NCBI GenBank assembly: GCA_949282555.1
Contig: CASDPK010000021.1
Location: 1,732-65,731, forward strand
Length of the DNA stretch: 64,000 nt
Reading direction: 5' to 3'
Origin: an uncultured Lentisphaeraceae bacterium
GTDB taxonomy: Bacteria; Verrucomicrobiota; Kiritimatiellia; RFP12; DVOR01
Made by a program: the position numbers and the translations under genes. Shown piece by piece: positions 19,648 through 29,452 of the stretch. The notes beneath the pieces were generated by a model. The model made no database searches and was not told the origin of the DNA. It saw only the letters and a list, made by a program, of their open reading frames with translations. Every line of letters begins with the position of its first letter. The first letter of the stretch is position 1.

Positions 19648-20820
19648 TCACTTTTTCCCGCGGCGGGCCGCGAAACGCTGGGCGGCCTTCTGCTGTTTGG
19701 CGCGGGCCGGGAAGGTTTTGTCGGTCTCGGAGTCGCGGAGCTGTTCCAGGAGCTTGGTCTGCTCGCGGGAGAGCGCCTGCGGCGTCTCGACCTCAAGGAT
19801 CACGTGCAAATCGCCCGTGGGGTAGCGGCCGATGGCGCGAACGCCCTGACCGCGGAGCCGCTGCACGGAACCATTGGCGGTGCCGGGGCGGATCTTGAGG
19901 GTGGCCGTGCCGTTGGGGGTCTCCACGGCGACTTCGCCGCCGAGGGCCAACAACGTGGGCGAAACGCTCAGGCGGAGGATGAGATCCTGCCCTTCGCGCT
20001 CGAACAGGTCGCTCTCCTCCACGGAGCAGCGCAGATAAAGGTCGCCGCGGGGGCCATTGTTCGCGCCGGCGTTGCCCTTGCCGGCCACGCGCACGCTCAT
20101 GCCATCGGCCACGCCGGCGGGAATGGGCACTTCCACCGTTTCGTCGGAGGCCACAAAGCCATCGCCGCGGCACTTCTTGCAGGGCTTTTCGATCACCGAA
20201 CCGGTGCCACCGCACACGGGGCACGTCTGCTGCACGAACCCGAAGAAGCCGCCCTGCCCGCGGACCACGCCGGAGCCGCCGCAGTGTTTGCACGTCTCAC
20301 GCTTGGAACCCTTCTCGGCGCCGGTGCCGCCGCAATCGGGGCAAGCCACGGCCGCGTGGATGCGCAGTTTCGCCACGGTGCCGAAGAGGGCATCCTCAAA
20401 GCTCAGGCGGATGCCTTGCTCGGTGTCTTCACCGCGCCGGGGGGCCGTGGGGTCGGCACGGCGGGCACGCCCGCCGCCGAAACCAAAACCGCCGCCAAAG
20501 CCGCCGCCGAAGAACTGGTTGAGGATGTCGTTCAGGTCGGCGCCGTGGGTGAAGTCGCGGTCGAAGTCGAATCCGCCGCCGCCAAAGGCGCCCTTCATGC
20601 CGTCGTGGCCATACTGATCGTAAAGCTGGCGCTTCTTTTCGTCGGAGAGGACTTCGTAGGCCTCGGAGGCCTCCTTAAACTTCTCCTCGGCCTCTTTGTT
20701 GCCTTGGTTGCGGTCGGGGTGCCACTTCATGGCGAGCTTGCGGTAGGCCTTCTTGATCTCCTCCGCGCTCGCGTTCTTGGCGACGCCAAGCACCTCGTAA
20801 TAATCGCGCTTTCCCGCCAT
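19648..20820 (-). CDS. dnaJ: Chaperone DnaJ
   Basis: J domain with HPD, G/F-rich region, four CxxCxGxG repeats. Confidence 0.97.
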   Translation of the reverse strand: MAGKRDYYEVLGVAKNASAEEIKKAYRKLAMKWHPDRNQGNKEAEEKFKEASEAYEVLSDEKKRQLYDQYGHDGMKGAFGGGGFDFDRDFTHGADLNDILNQFFGGGFGGGFGFGGGRARRADPTAPRRGEDTEQGIRLSFEDALFGTVAKLRIHAAVACPDCGGTGAEKGSKRETCKHCGGSGVVRGQGGFFGFVQQTCPVCGGTGSVIEKPCKKCRGDGFVASDETVEVPIPAGVADGMSVRVAGKGNAGANNGPRGDLYLRCSVEESDLFEREGQDLILRLSVSPTLLALGGEVAVETPNGTATLKIRPGTANGSVQRLRGQGVRAIGRYPTGDLHVILEVETPQALSREQTKLLEQLRDSETDKTFPARAKQQKAAQRFAARRGKK

Positions 20821-20821
20821 C

Positions 20822-21433
20822 TTACGCCTCCTTCTCCGGCGCGGTCTCCGCCGTTTCCGGCGCACCCGAGGAAACGATCACTTGCGCCGGGCGCAACACC
20901 TTGCCGCCCAGCCGCCAGCCCTTCCGGAACTGCGCCGCCACGCACCCCTTGGGCACGGTGGCGTGGGGCGTCATGGAGAGCGCCTCGTGGGTCATGGGGT
21001 CGAAAGTGGTGCCCTCCGGCGCGTCGAGCACTTCCGCGCCCGACTGCTCCAGCGCCTTTCGGAAGCCCTCGGCGATCATCCGCACCCCCTGCACGAAGGG
21101 CGAATCCTCCTTGGCCGCCGCCAGCGCCATCTCGAATTGGTCAAACACGGGGATGAGGGTGCCGAGCAAGCGTTCGTTGGCGCGCGCCGTGCGCTCCTCC
21201 AGCTCGCGCGCTTGGCGCTTGCGCATGTTGTCGACGTCCGCCAACAGGCGGAGATAACGCTCCTTCGCCGCGGCAAGCTCCGCCTCGAGCGGATTCGGCG
21301 CCGCCGGTTCGGGCGTCTGCTCGGCGGGGGCGGCCTCAGCGGAAGGCTCCGCCCCGTCGGCTCCCTCACACGAAACCGTTGCCTCGGGGATCTGCTCTTC
21401 GGGATGGGTCTGCTGCGTCTCGTCGTCTGTCAT
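20822..21433 (-). CDS. grpE: Nucleotide exchange factor GrpE
   Basis: [41 protein letters not shown]. Confidence 0.95.
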   Translation of the reverse strand: MTDDETQQTHPEEQIPEATVSCEGADGAEPSAEAAPAEQTPEPAAPNPLEAELAAAKERYLRLLADVDNMRKRQARELEERTARANERLLGTLIPVFDQFEMALAAAKEDSPFVQGVRMIAEGFRKALEQSGAEVLDAPEGTTFDPMTHEALSMTPHATVPKGCVAAQFRKGWRLGGKVLRPAQVIVSSGAPETAETAPEKEA

Positions 21434-21449
21434 ATGAAAGCCTCTTTTC

Positions 21450-21533
<84 letters not shown>

Positions 21534-21550
21534 CCCTTGATTGTCGTGGA

Positions 21551-21556
21551 ATTATA
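21551..21556 (-). promoter_or_regulatory. -10 box (TATAAT) upstream of tRNA-Leu
   Basis: attata on + strand, 17 nt upstream of the mature tRNA 5' end. Confidence 0.6.
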
Positions 21557-21700
21557 GCAAAACGGGTGAACCCCGGCAGATCTCCCGACAGCGGCGCGGA
21601 ACGCTCCCCGTGCATACATGCGTATGCGCGGCGCACAAATGGCGCCGTTCCCGGGCACGCGGAGGCAAGGGCCGTTTATACTGTGAGGAAAGGAGTCACC

Positions 21701-23337
21701 ATGCAGCGTTTGATTGTTGGCTTGCCTATCCTCCTGGCCACGTTGTTCTGTCTTCCTTCCGCCCATGCGCAAATCACGCAACGCGAACGGCCGAAGGGAT
21801 GGGAGAGGCTTGTGCCCGGGGCGCGTTTCGCCGACACGTTGTTGCCGATGCAAGGGCAGAAGCTTTCTTCGGACACGTGGGGCAACGCGTGCGTGAAGCC
21901 GCGCTTTTTGGACAATGGCATTGAGGACCGCACGTGGTCGTATTGGGGCGGCAACGTTCTCCGCGGGGAGGATGGCCTTTGCCACCTGATGGTCGCGGCA
22001 TGGCGGGAGGACTCCCCGAAGGGACACATGGAGTGGCCCAACTCCATTGTCATTCACGCCGTTTCCACCAATCCCGTGGGGCCCTTCGTGCAAAAGGACA
22101 CCGTGGGCAAAGGACACAATCCCGAGGTCTTTCGCTTGGCGGATGGGCGTTATGTGATCTACGTCATCGGGAAATATTACCTTTCATCCTCGCTCAATGG
22201 CCCATGGACGGAGGGGCGCTTTTCCTTCGATGCGCGTGACCGCCCAATCATCGAAGGGCTCTCGAATCTCACCTTCGCGCGGCGCGAGGATGGCTCTTTC
22301 CTGATGGTCTGCCGCGGGGGCGGTGTGTGGATCAGCCGGACGGGATTGTCGCCCTATCTCCAACTCAGCGATCGGCGGATTTATCCCGACATTCCCGGGA
22401 ACTTTGAGGACCCTGTCGTTTGGCGTGACGATGTGCAATATCATGCCATCGTGAACGATTGGCGCGGACGCATTGCCTACCATCTGCGCTCGGGCGATGG
22501 GCGCACCTGGGTCGTCGACCCCGGAGAGGCCTACCTGCCCGGCGTTGCCCGGCATCCCAATGGGCACGTTGAACAATGGTACAAATACGAACGCCCCAAA
22601 GTCTTTCAGGACGCGCGCGGGCGGGCCATCCAGATGAACTTTGCCGTCATCGACCACATCAAGTGGGAAGACAAGGGCGGCGACATCCACAGCTCGAAGA
22701 ATATCGCCATCCCGCTCGATCCGGGCTGACGCTCGACATCCTCGCCCCCGAAGTCTTGACGCCCGAGACTCCTCGCATTCGTCTTCGCGTCGCGGCGGAG
22801 CCCGGTCTCAATCCGGCCCGCGACCTTGATGTGAAATCGCTTCGCTTCGGCACTTCGGCGGAGGTCAACGATGGAGGCGGCGCCCCTGTCCTCGCCTCGG
22901 AGGTGGGAGCCGATGGAACGCTCGTGCTCACCTTCGATGGGGCCCTGGCAAACATCGGGCCGGAAGAGTTCGCCCCCAAACTGCTCGGGAAGCGCACCGA
23001 TGGACGCCCGGCGTTTGGCTATGCGCGCCATCCTCAGTGGAAAGCCCCGCGATCGATCCTGACGGCACGGGCCCCGCAATTGAAGACCGGCAAAACCATG
23101 ACCTATGCCGTCACCGTCCAGAACCTCGGCCTCGCGCCGTCCCCGAAGGGGGTCACCCTTCGCCTCATCTCCCCGGAGGGGCGCCTCCTCGCCGAAGGCC
23201 CCGTGCCTTCATTGGCCCCCTATGCCGAAGCCACGCTCTCGCTGCCGTTGGCCGCCGGGGCCCCCACGCAACGCCCCAAGCGCATCACCCTTACCTTCTC
23301 CACCCCCTCGGGCGTTCTTGCCACCGAGCGGCTGTGA
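21701..23337 (+). pseudogene. Secreted beta-propeller glycoside hydrolase (GH43/clan F-J-like), split by a frameshift near 22725
   Basis: Signal peptide, WSYWGG, GHNPEV, FEDPVVW, YERPKV; first frame stops at 22729 (..IPLDPG*) and coding-like sequence continues in another frame (GLTLDIL..) to 23337. Confidence 0.75.
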
Positions 23338-23355
23338 CGGGGACGACCCAGACGC

Positions 23356-23397
23356 AAAAACAAGGGCGACCCCCGCACGTGGGGGCCGCCTTTTTCG
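23356..23397. terminator. Probable bidirectional terminator between the GH gene and panD
   Basis: aaaaac..ggcgacccccgcacgtgggggccgcc-ttttt. Confidence 0.65.
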
Positions 23398-23411
23398 TTG
23401 AACCAACCCTA

Positions 23412-23771
23412 TCAGTACGCCTTGGCGACGATGCGATTGTCCGCATCGAGCCGGACGACTTTGGGCTGATGGGTGGGCGCCTCCTTGGCATCGACCTGGG
23501 CAAAGGCCATGACGATGAGGCGGTCGCCGACCTTCCCCATGTAAGCGGCGGCGCCATTGAGGCAGGCGATGCGGGAACCGCGAGGCCCGGGGATGGCATA
23601 CGTCTCAAGGCGCTGCCCATTGTCGAGATTGGCCACCAGGATTTTCTCGTAGGTGACGATGCCAACGGCATCCATGAGATCCTCGTCAATCGTCAAGGAG
23701 CCAAGGTATTCAAGATCCGCCTGCGTGACGCGGAGGTGGTGGAGTTTGGCGTGGAGAAGTGTAAGCGTCAT
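23412..23771 (-). CDS. panD: Aspartate 1-decarboxylase
   Basis: AKLHHLRVT, YLGSLTID (G-S cleavage site), NGQRLETY, LNGAAA. Confidence 0.95.
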   Translation of the reverse strand: MTLTLLHAKLHHLRVTQADLEYLGSLTIDEDLMDAVGIVTYEKILVANLDNGQRLETYAIPGPRGSRIACLNGAAAYMGKVGDRLIVMAFAQVDAKEAPTHQPKVVRLDADNRIVAKAY

Positions 23772-23814
23772 AATCTAAACGAACGAACAGGGATGGGCGA
23801 ACCCACAGAGGGGC

Positions 23815-26800
23815 TCAGAGTTGGTGTTTCCACTTGAAGGTGTTGGGGGCGAAGGGGCGATAATCCTTTTGATAGGCCTCAACCTCGGCGCGGAGAACGT
23901 CGATGGCGGCATCGAGCTGAGGGTCGCGGCCGGCCACCGCATCGGCCGGGGTGTTCTCGACAATCACATCCGGAACGGCGCCATGCAACTCCATGTCCGT
24001 GCCGTCGAGGGTGTACCAACCGTAGTGCGCCCGGCGAAGCGTGCCAAGGTCAAGCAGAGGGCCATCGTTGGTGGCGATCACGCCGCCGTTGGTCTGAACG
24101 CCGACGAGCTTCCCGCGGCCAAGCTGCTTGATGGCGTGGGAGAAGATCTCACCGTTGGAGACCGTGTTCTGATTGCAGAGCACCACGATGGGCTTGTCAA
24201 AGACCGGGCGCCCCCAGTAACCCGCGAGATAGGCGGGGTTGCCGTGGCGGGGCACGGACCACGAGTGGCGCTGAACGCCCAAGATGTTGAGCACCTTGTC
24301 CGCCGTGAAGCCGCCGGTGTTGTCGCGGACGTCGATGACCATGCCCGCCTTGTCGAAGCCCTCGGCGAAGATCTCACGCTCGAAGCGGAAGTATTCGTCG
24401 TTGTTCATCTTGGCGATGTTGATATACCCGAAAGCCCCGCCGGAACGCCGATGGACATAGTCGCGGCGGCCGCGATACATGGCCTTTTGGACAAGCTCAC
24501 GGGCTTTGCCGTAGGTGATGGCCTCGATATAGACCTTCCGCGTCGTGTCGCCGGAGCGCACTTCGACCACAAACTTCCCGGGTTGCGGGCCGTTGAGCAA
24601 CAGCGTGGGGTCCATCCCGGGGCGGACAGGCTTGCCATCGATGGAGAGCACCAAATCCCCGGGACGAAGGCCAATCTGATCGGAATCGGCGGGCCCGCCG
24701 GGAATCACCCGCTTGACCAACCACCCGCGCTCGCCGGCATAATCCTGGTCAAACACAACGCCAAGGTGGGACGTCAAGGGCTCCCAAGCCTGAAGCGTGG
24801 CACTGCGCTCCCACTCTCTGCGGGAATTGTCATTGCCATAGAAGCCGAGATGGGAGGAGTTGAGCTCGCCATTCAGGGAGTGGATGATGCGCTCAAAAAC
24901 CGTGCGGCTGGGCGCAAACCGCGCCGGCGCCTGATACTTGGCGCGGACGGCCTCCCAATCGGCCCCATGGAAATTGGCGTCGTAGTAATTGTCGCGGAGG
25001 ATACCCCACGCCAACAGGAAGCCCAATTCCTGATAATCCCGAATGTCAAGCTCCTGGTAAACACGGAATTCATACGTCTCATCGAACGTGCCGATCTTTC
25101 GCTCCGACGTCATCATCACAAGCCGATCGGCCTTCTTCGGGTCCTTGTCCTTGCCGAACCAACCGACGGGATAACCCCAGCGCGGCTTCAGAAACTTCGG
25201 CTTCATATTGTCCGGCAGCGTGATTTCATACGTCCCGGGGCGTCCGCCAATGGTCGCGGGGAAGAGCACGCGGCGCGAATCCGGCGCGAAGAAAGGAGAC
25301 CCCAACTCCGCAATCGGCACCGCACGGACCCGCTCATGGAGGCCGTCGAGATCGACCACCACCTGAGGCTCCCCCTTCAGGACGTTGGCGTCGGCATCCG
25401 GGCGATTGGGGTCCGGCGAGGCATTCACGGTCGCCCCAAGAATCTCAGAGGTCTCCGGGCGATCTTTCAGCTGCAAGCCCATATGCTCGATGGCCTTGCG
25501 GTAATCCTGCGCCTTGAGGGCCTCCTCATCGGAGCGCCGAAGCCACACATAAAAGAGGTTGGAGCCCGTCCCCGCGCGCTGGCCATTCCAGGCGATCAAC
25601 TGGCCATCCGGCGACCAAACAGGATTCCCATCCCACGTGAAGCTGCGGGAGAGGTTGTAGGGTCTGGCCTCCTTGTCGTCGATCGAAAGCAACCAGATAT
25701 CGTTGTTGCCATAGTCATCGGAGAGCGCCGCGACCAACCACCGGCCATCCGGCGACCAATCGTAGCCTCCGACCGACTTGACCTTCGGGAAACGGCGAAT
25801 CACCTTGCCTTCGGCATCCGCCACCGTCAGCACGCTGCCGGTTTCCACCCACGCCAAGCGGCTTCCATCCGGAGAGGCGGAAAGCGATTCGCGCCGGAGG
25901 GAATCCTCCAACAGCGGCCGCACCACGAATTCCGAGTTCTCCCACCAGAAGTGATCCGGACGCGCCTTCTCCGCCACGAGCAACGCCACGCTGTCGCCAC
26001 GGTCAGAGAACACGTAAAGACGCTTCCCATCCTTGGAGAACACGCAGTCGCGCTCCTGCGTCCGGGAATCGCCATACACCAGCTTCGGCTCCCGCAGAAC
26101 GGTGTCCATGACGTAAAGGTCGCCGCCGACGGTGAACCCGAATTCCAATCCGCCGCTGGTCGCGGTGAGGCATCCCGGCGTGTCGTTGTTCCAAAGCGAA
26201 TCGTAGAAGCGGCGGCGCGTGCCCACGCGGGCAAGGCCCGTATCCTCGGGCACCAAATCGATCCGACGCGGCGCGACCCCCGGCTGCGTGGGGTCAAACA
26301 CCCAAAACCACAATCCTTGGCGGAACACCATCGTGCGCCCATCCGCCGAGAGCGTGGGATGAATGACACTGTCGCCCTTGAAGAAGGTCAGCTGACGCTC
26401 TTCCGTCCCCGGGAAGGCGTGCCACCACACGTTCTGCGTGCCATCCTGCCCGGAAACGTAATAAAACCCCTTCCCATCCGGGGCCCACGTGGGGGAACGG
26501 CTCTCCGTGGGATGCTTCACCGCGAGCGAAAAGGTCTTGGCCTGCGTGTCATAACACCACACGCGGGAGGCGTTCTCCCCCTTGAAGCCCTTGCGGTAAA
26601 GGTCATCCCCCTCCTGCGTGAAGAGCACATAGCGGCCATCCGGCGAAGGCGAAGGCTCAGACCCCATCGCATCGAAAAGGCGGCGCTCCGCGGCGCGGCG
26701 ATCCACCGGCAACCACGCCAAGCGCCCCATGTCGAAGGCCGATCCCTCGTCGTCCCGCAACACATAGCAAAGCAACTCCGAATCATCGGCCGACCACGCA

Positions 26801-27222
26801 TAGGGCCGCTCCGCCTCGGAGTTGAACCCAATCTGCCGGGCCTCGGCCCCCTCGGCGATGTCCGCCACGAACGTGTGCCACCCGCCCGCGCGGTTGGATT
26901 GGAAGGCAAAGCGCTTGCCATCCCGCGAAACCACCGGCCAAGCATCGCGCCCCAAAGAATGCTGGAGCACCTTCGCCGTCCCACCTTCCACGGGCGCAAT
27001 CCAAATCGCATTGCACCACTCGAAAAGGAAGCGCTTTCCATCCGGCAAAAGCGACGGACGGGAGGCCAAATAAATCCGTTCCGGGTCGAACCCCTGCGGC
27101 AACGCCACCGAAGCCGGGCGGCACGGCCACGTCGCCTCCTCCTCGGCCACCGCCGGCGCCACGGCCGCCAACGAAAGGCCCAGCGTCAGCAAAAGGGAAA
27201 ACGAAAACGCACGATGGGGCAT
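23815..27222 (-). CDS. Tricorn-like S41 protease (beta-propeller/PD40 repeats + PDZ + S41)
   Basis: Signal peptide, SPDG repeats, ELNSSH, IDVRDNTGG, TVSNGEIF, DPQLDAAI. Confidence 0.9.
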   Translation of the reverse strand: MPHRAFSFSLLLTLGLSLAAVAPAVAEEEATWPCRPASVALPQGFDPERIYLASRPSLLPDGKRFLFEWCNAIWIAPVEGGTAKVLQHSLGRDAWPVVSRDGKRFAFQSNRAGGWHTFVADIAEGAEARQIGFNSEAERPYAWSADDSELLCYVLRDDEGSAFDMGRLAWLPVDRRAAERRLFDAMGSEPSPSPDGRYVLFTQEGDDLYRKGFKGENASRVWCYDTQAKTFSLAVKHPTESRSPTWAPDGKGFYYVSGQDGTQNVWWHAFPGTEERQLTFFKGDSVIHPTLSADGRTMVFRQGLWFWVFDPTQPGVAPRRIDLVPEDTGLARVGTRRRFYDSLWNNDTPGCLTATSGGLEFGFTVGGDLYVMDTVLREPKLVYGDSRTQERDCVFSKDGKRLYVFSDRGDSVALLVAEKARPDHFWWENSEFVVRPLLEDSLRRESLSASPDGSRLAWVETGSVLTVADAEGKVIRRFPKVKSVGGYDWSPDGRWLVAALSDDYGNNDIWLLSIDDKEARPYNLSRSFTWDGNPVWSPDGQLIAWNGQRAGTGSNLFYVWLRRSDEEALKAQDYRKAIEHMGLQLKDRPETSEILGATVNASPDPNRPDADANVLKGEPQVVVDLDGLHERVRAVPIAELGSPFFAPDSRRVLFPATIGGRPGTYEITLPDNMKPKFLKPRWGYPVGWFGKDKDPKKADRLVMMTSERKIGTFDETYEFRVYQELDIRDYQELGFLLAWGILRDNYYDANFHGADWEAVRAKYQAPARFAPSRTVFERIIHSLNGELNSSHLGFYGNDNSRREWERSATLQAWEPLTSHLGVVFDQDYAGERGWLVKRVIPGGPADSDQIGLRPGDLVLSIDGKPVRPGMDPTLLLNGPQPGKFVVEVRSGDTTRKVYIEAITYGKARELVQKAMYRGRRDYVHRRSGGAFGYINIAKMNNDEYFRFEREIFAEGFDKAGMVIDVRDNTGGFTADKVLNILGVQRHSWSVPRHGNPAYLAGYWGRPVFDKPIVVLCNQNTVSNGEIFSHAIKQLGRGKLVGVQTNGGVIATNDGPLLDLGTLRRAHYGWYTLDGTDMELHGAVPDVIVENTPADAVAGRDPQLDAAIDVLRAEVEAYQKDYRPFAPNTFKWKHQL

Positions 27223-27224
27223 AC

Positions 27225-29357
27225 TCAATTCTCCGAAGTCTCGCGATTCTGAATGTCACACAAGCGCCGATAGAGCCCGCCGAGGGCGTAGAGCTCCTCA
27301 TGCGTGCCGCGCTCCTTGATGACGCCCTGGTCAAGCACCAAGATGCAATCGGCCTTGCGCACGGTGGACAACCGATGGGCAATGGCAAAAATGGTCCGCT
27401 CCTTCATGAGGTTGTCAATCGCGGCCTGCACCTGCTGCTCGGTGACGGTGTCCAGCGCGCTGGTCGCTTCGTCAAGGATCAGAATGGGCGGATTGCGCAG
27501 GATGGCTCTGGCAATGGCCACGCGCTGGCGTTCGCCGCCGCTGAGCACAAAGCCCTTCTCGCCCACCACCCGGGCATAGCCCTCCGGATGGGCCATGATG
27601 AAATCATGCGCGTTGGCGAGGCGCGCCGCGGCCTCAATCTGCTCCTGCGTGGCCCCGGGCGTGCCATAGGCGATGTTGGCGGCCACGGTGTCGTTGAAGA
27701 GAATCGACTCCTGCGTCACTGCGCCAATCACCGTCCGCAAATCGGCGATCCGATACTCGCGGATATCGTGCCCATCCAAAAGCACCCGCCCGCCGGAGAC
27801 ATCGTAGAAGCGCGCGAGCAAATTGGCCAACGTGCTCTTGCCGCTCCCGGTGGAGCCCACCACGGCGTACATCTGCCCGGGGCGGATCTCGAAGGAAGCA
27901 TCACGCACCACCAATTCGCCCTTGCCCGCATAACGGAAGTCCACATGGTCAAAGACAAGACGCTCCCGGAACGCCGTGATCGGCAGGGCGTCGGGCCGCT
28001 CAACCAACTCCTCGTGCACGTCGAGCAACGAGAAGATACGCTGGAGCGCCGCACGGCCATTCTCCAACGCCGTCTGCAAACGCCCAATCTGCTTCATCGG
28101 CTTGTAAAGGATGATGAACGGCAATGCCAACGGAATGATCTCCGCCAATCCATGCCCCGTGGCAAAGCAATACACCGCAAACAGCGTCGCCAACAAAATC
28201 GCCACCGTCTCCGTGAGCGGCCCCACCAGAATGCTCAGCCGCACGGCCCGCAAGCACATCTTGAGCGCCTTGAGGTTGTACAGATGGTACTTCTCGCTCT
28301 CCTGCGCCTCCGTGTGATAGGCCTTGACCACGCGCACGCACGTCAGGTTCTCATGGAAATTGGAGCCGATCTCCGCGCTCTGCGCCAGCAGGCGGGTGGA
28401 CCACTGCCGGATGCGCTTGCCCAGCCACACCACCGGCAGCATACAGAGCGGATACCCGAAAACCGCAATGAGCAACAGCGACATCATGCCGTTGTGGATC
28501 GCGAACCAACACACGAAAATCACCGCGCCAAGCACCTCAAACGGCGCACGGCACAAGTCACTCATCGTCTGGCTGATCAGCGTTCGGATGGTTTCGGGGT
28601 CACCCGTCGCGCGGCTCATCAAGCGCCCCACGTCGGCACGCCCATGGAACGCCAGCGACTGCGCCTGCAAGTGGTCGAACATCGCATTGCGCACGTCCAT
28701 CACCACCTTCATCCCGGCCTTGGTGAGGTAATACTGGTTCAGATACTGCGTGACCATCTTCAGCAGCACCGCCAACGCCATCACCAGTCCGAAGACCGTC
28801 ACCGTCGCCGCCGGCCCCGAAATCCCCACCTTCCCGAGCCACCGCTCGGCCTGCGCAAGATAGCGCTGATACTTTGCCGCCTCGGCCTGATTCTGCCGTT
28901 CCAATCGCGAAGCCGCCTGCGCCTCGGGCGAAAGTTCCTTCGCCACCGTCAGCACCGCCTCCGAGGACTGCCCCACCGCCGTGCCCAAACGCGACACCTC
29001 GCCCGCGCGAAGCGGCGCCGTCTCGGGAGCGCGCCCCAAAGCCGCGCCCTCATGGCCGATGGCCTTGGCCGTCTCGGCCAAACGGCGTCCCTCACGCTCC
29101 AACCGCGCGGAGACGGAAGTCGTATCGACCGTCTCCACCTCCATCGACTTCAGCATGGGCTGAACCGCCGAGAAGAGCGGCACCCATGCGCCCCCCGTCA
29201 CCATTCCGAGGAACGCCCCCAGAAAAATCAACCGCCGATAGCGGCGGGCGAACCCCCACAAACGGCGGTAGACTTCCTTGGCCGTGTAGTCCCGATCAAA
29301 CCACTCACGGTTGACGGCAGGCGGCGCGGGCTCAGGGCGTTTCCGCTTTCTGGACAT
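27225..29357 (-). CDS. ABC transporter permease/ATPase, MsbA-like
   Basis: TM domain + GSTGSGKST, LSGGERQR, ILDEATSALD. Confidence 0.9.
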   Translation of the reverse strand: MSRKRKRPEPAPPAVNREWFDRDYTAKEVYRRLWGFARRYRRLIFLGAFLGMVTGGAWVPLFSAVQPMLKSMEVETVDTTSVSARLEREGRRLAETAKAIGHEGAALGRAPETAPLRAGEVSRLGTAVGQSSEAVLTVAKELSPEAQAASRLERQNQAEAAKYQRYLAQAERWLGKVGISGPAATVTVFGLVMALAVLLKMVTQYLNQYYLTKAGMKVVMDVRNAMFDHLQAQSLAFHGRADVGRLMSRATGDPETIRTLISQTMSDLCRAPFEVLGAVIFVCWFAIHNGMMSLLLIAVFGYPLCMLPVVWLGKRIRQWSTRLLAQSAEIGSNFHENLTCVRVVKAYHTEAQESEKYHLYNLKALKMCLRAVRLSILVGPLTETVAILLATLFAVYCFATGHGLAEIIPLALPFIILYKPMKQIGRLQTALENGRAALQRIFSLLDVHEELVERPDALPITAFRERLVFDHVDFRYAGKGELVVRDASFEIRPGQMYAVVGSTGSGKSTLANLLARFYDVSGGRVLLDGHDIREYRIADLRTVIGAVTQESILFNDTVAANIAYGTPGATQEQIEAAARLANAHDFIMAHPEGYARVVGEKGFVLSGGERQRVAIARAILRNPPILILDEATSALDTVTEQQVQAAIDNLMKERTIFAIAHRLSTVRKADCILVLDQGVIKERGTHEELYALGGLYRRLCDIQNRETSEN

Positions 29358-29452
29358 GGCAACTCCTAGGGATAAAGCCTCGGGCGGGGACTGACGTCCC
29401 GGGGCATGAGACGCCACAACGCGCCTCATGCCCCGCTACGCTCCAAGTGGTC

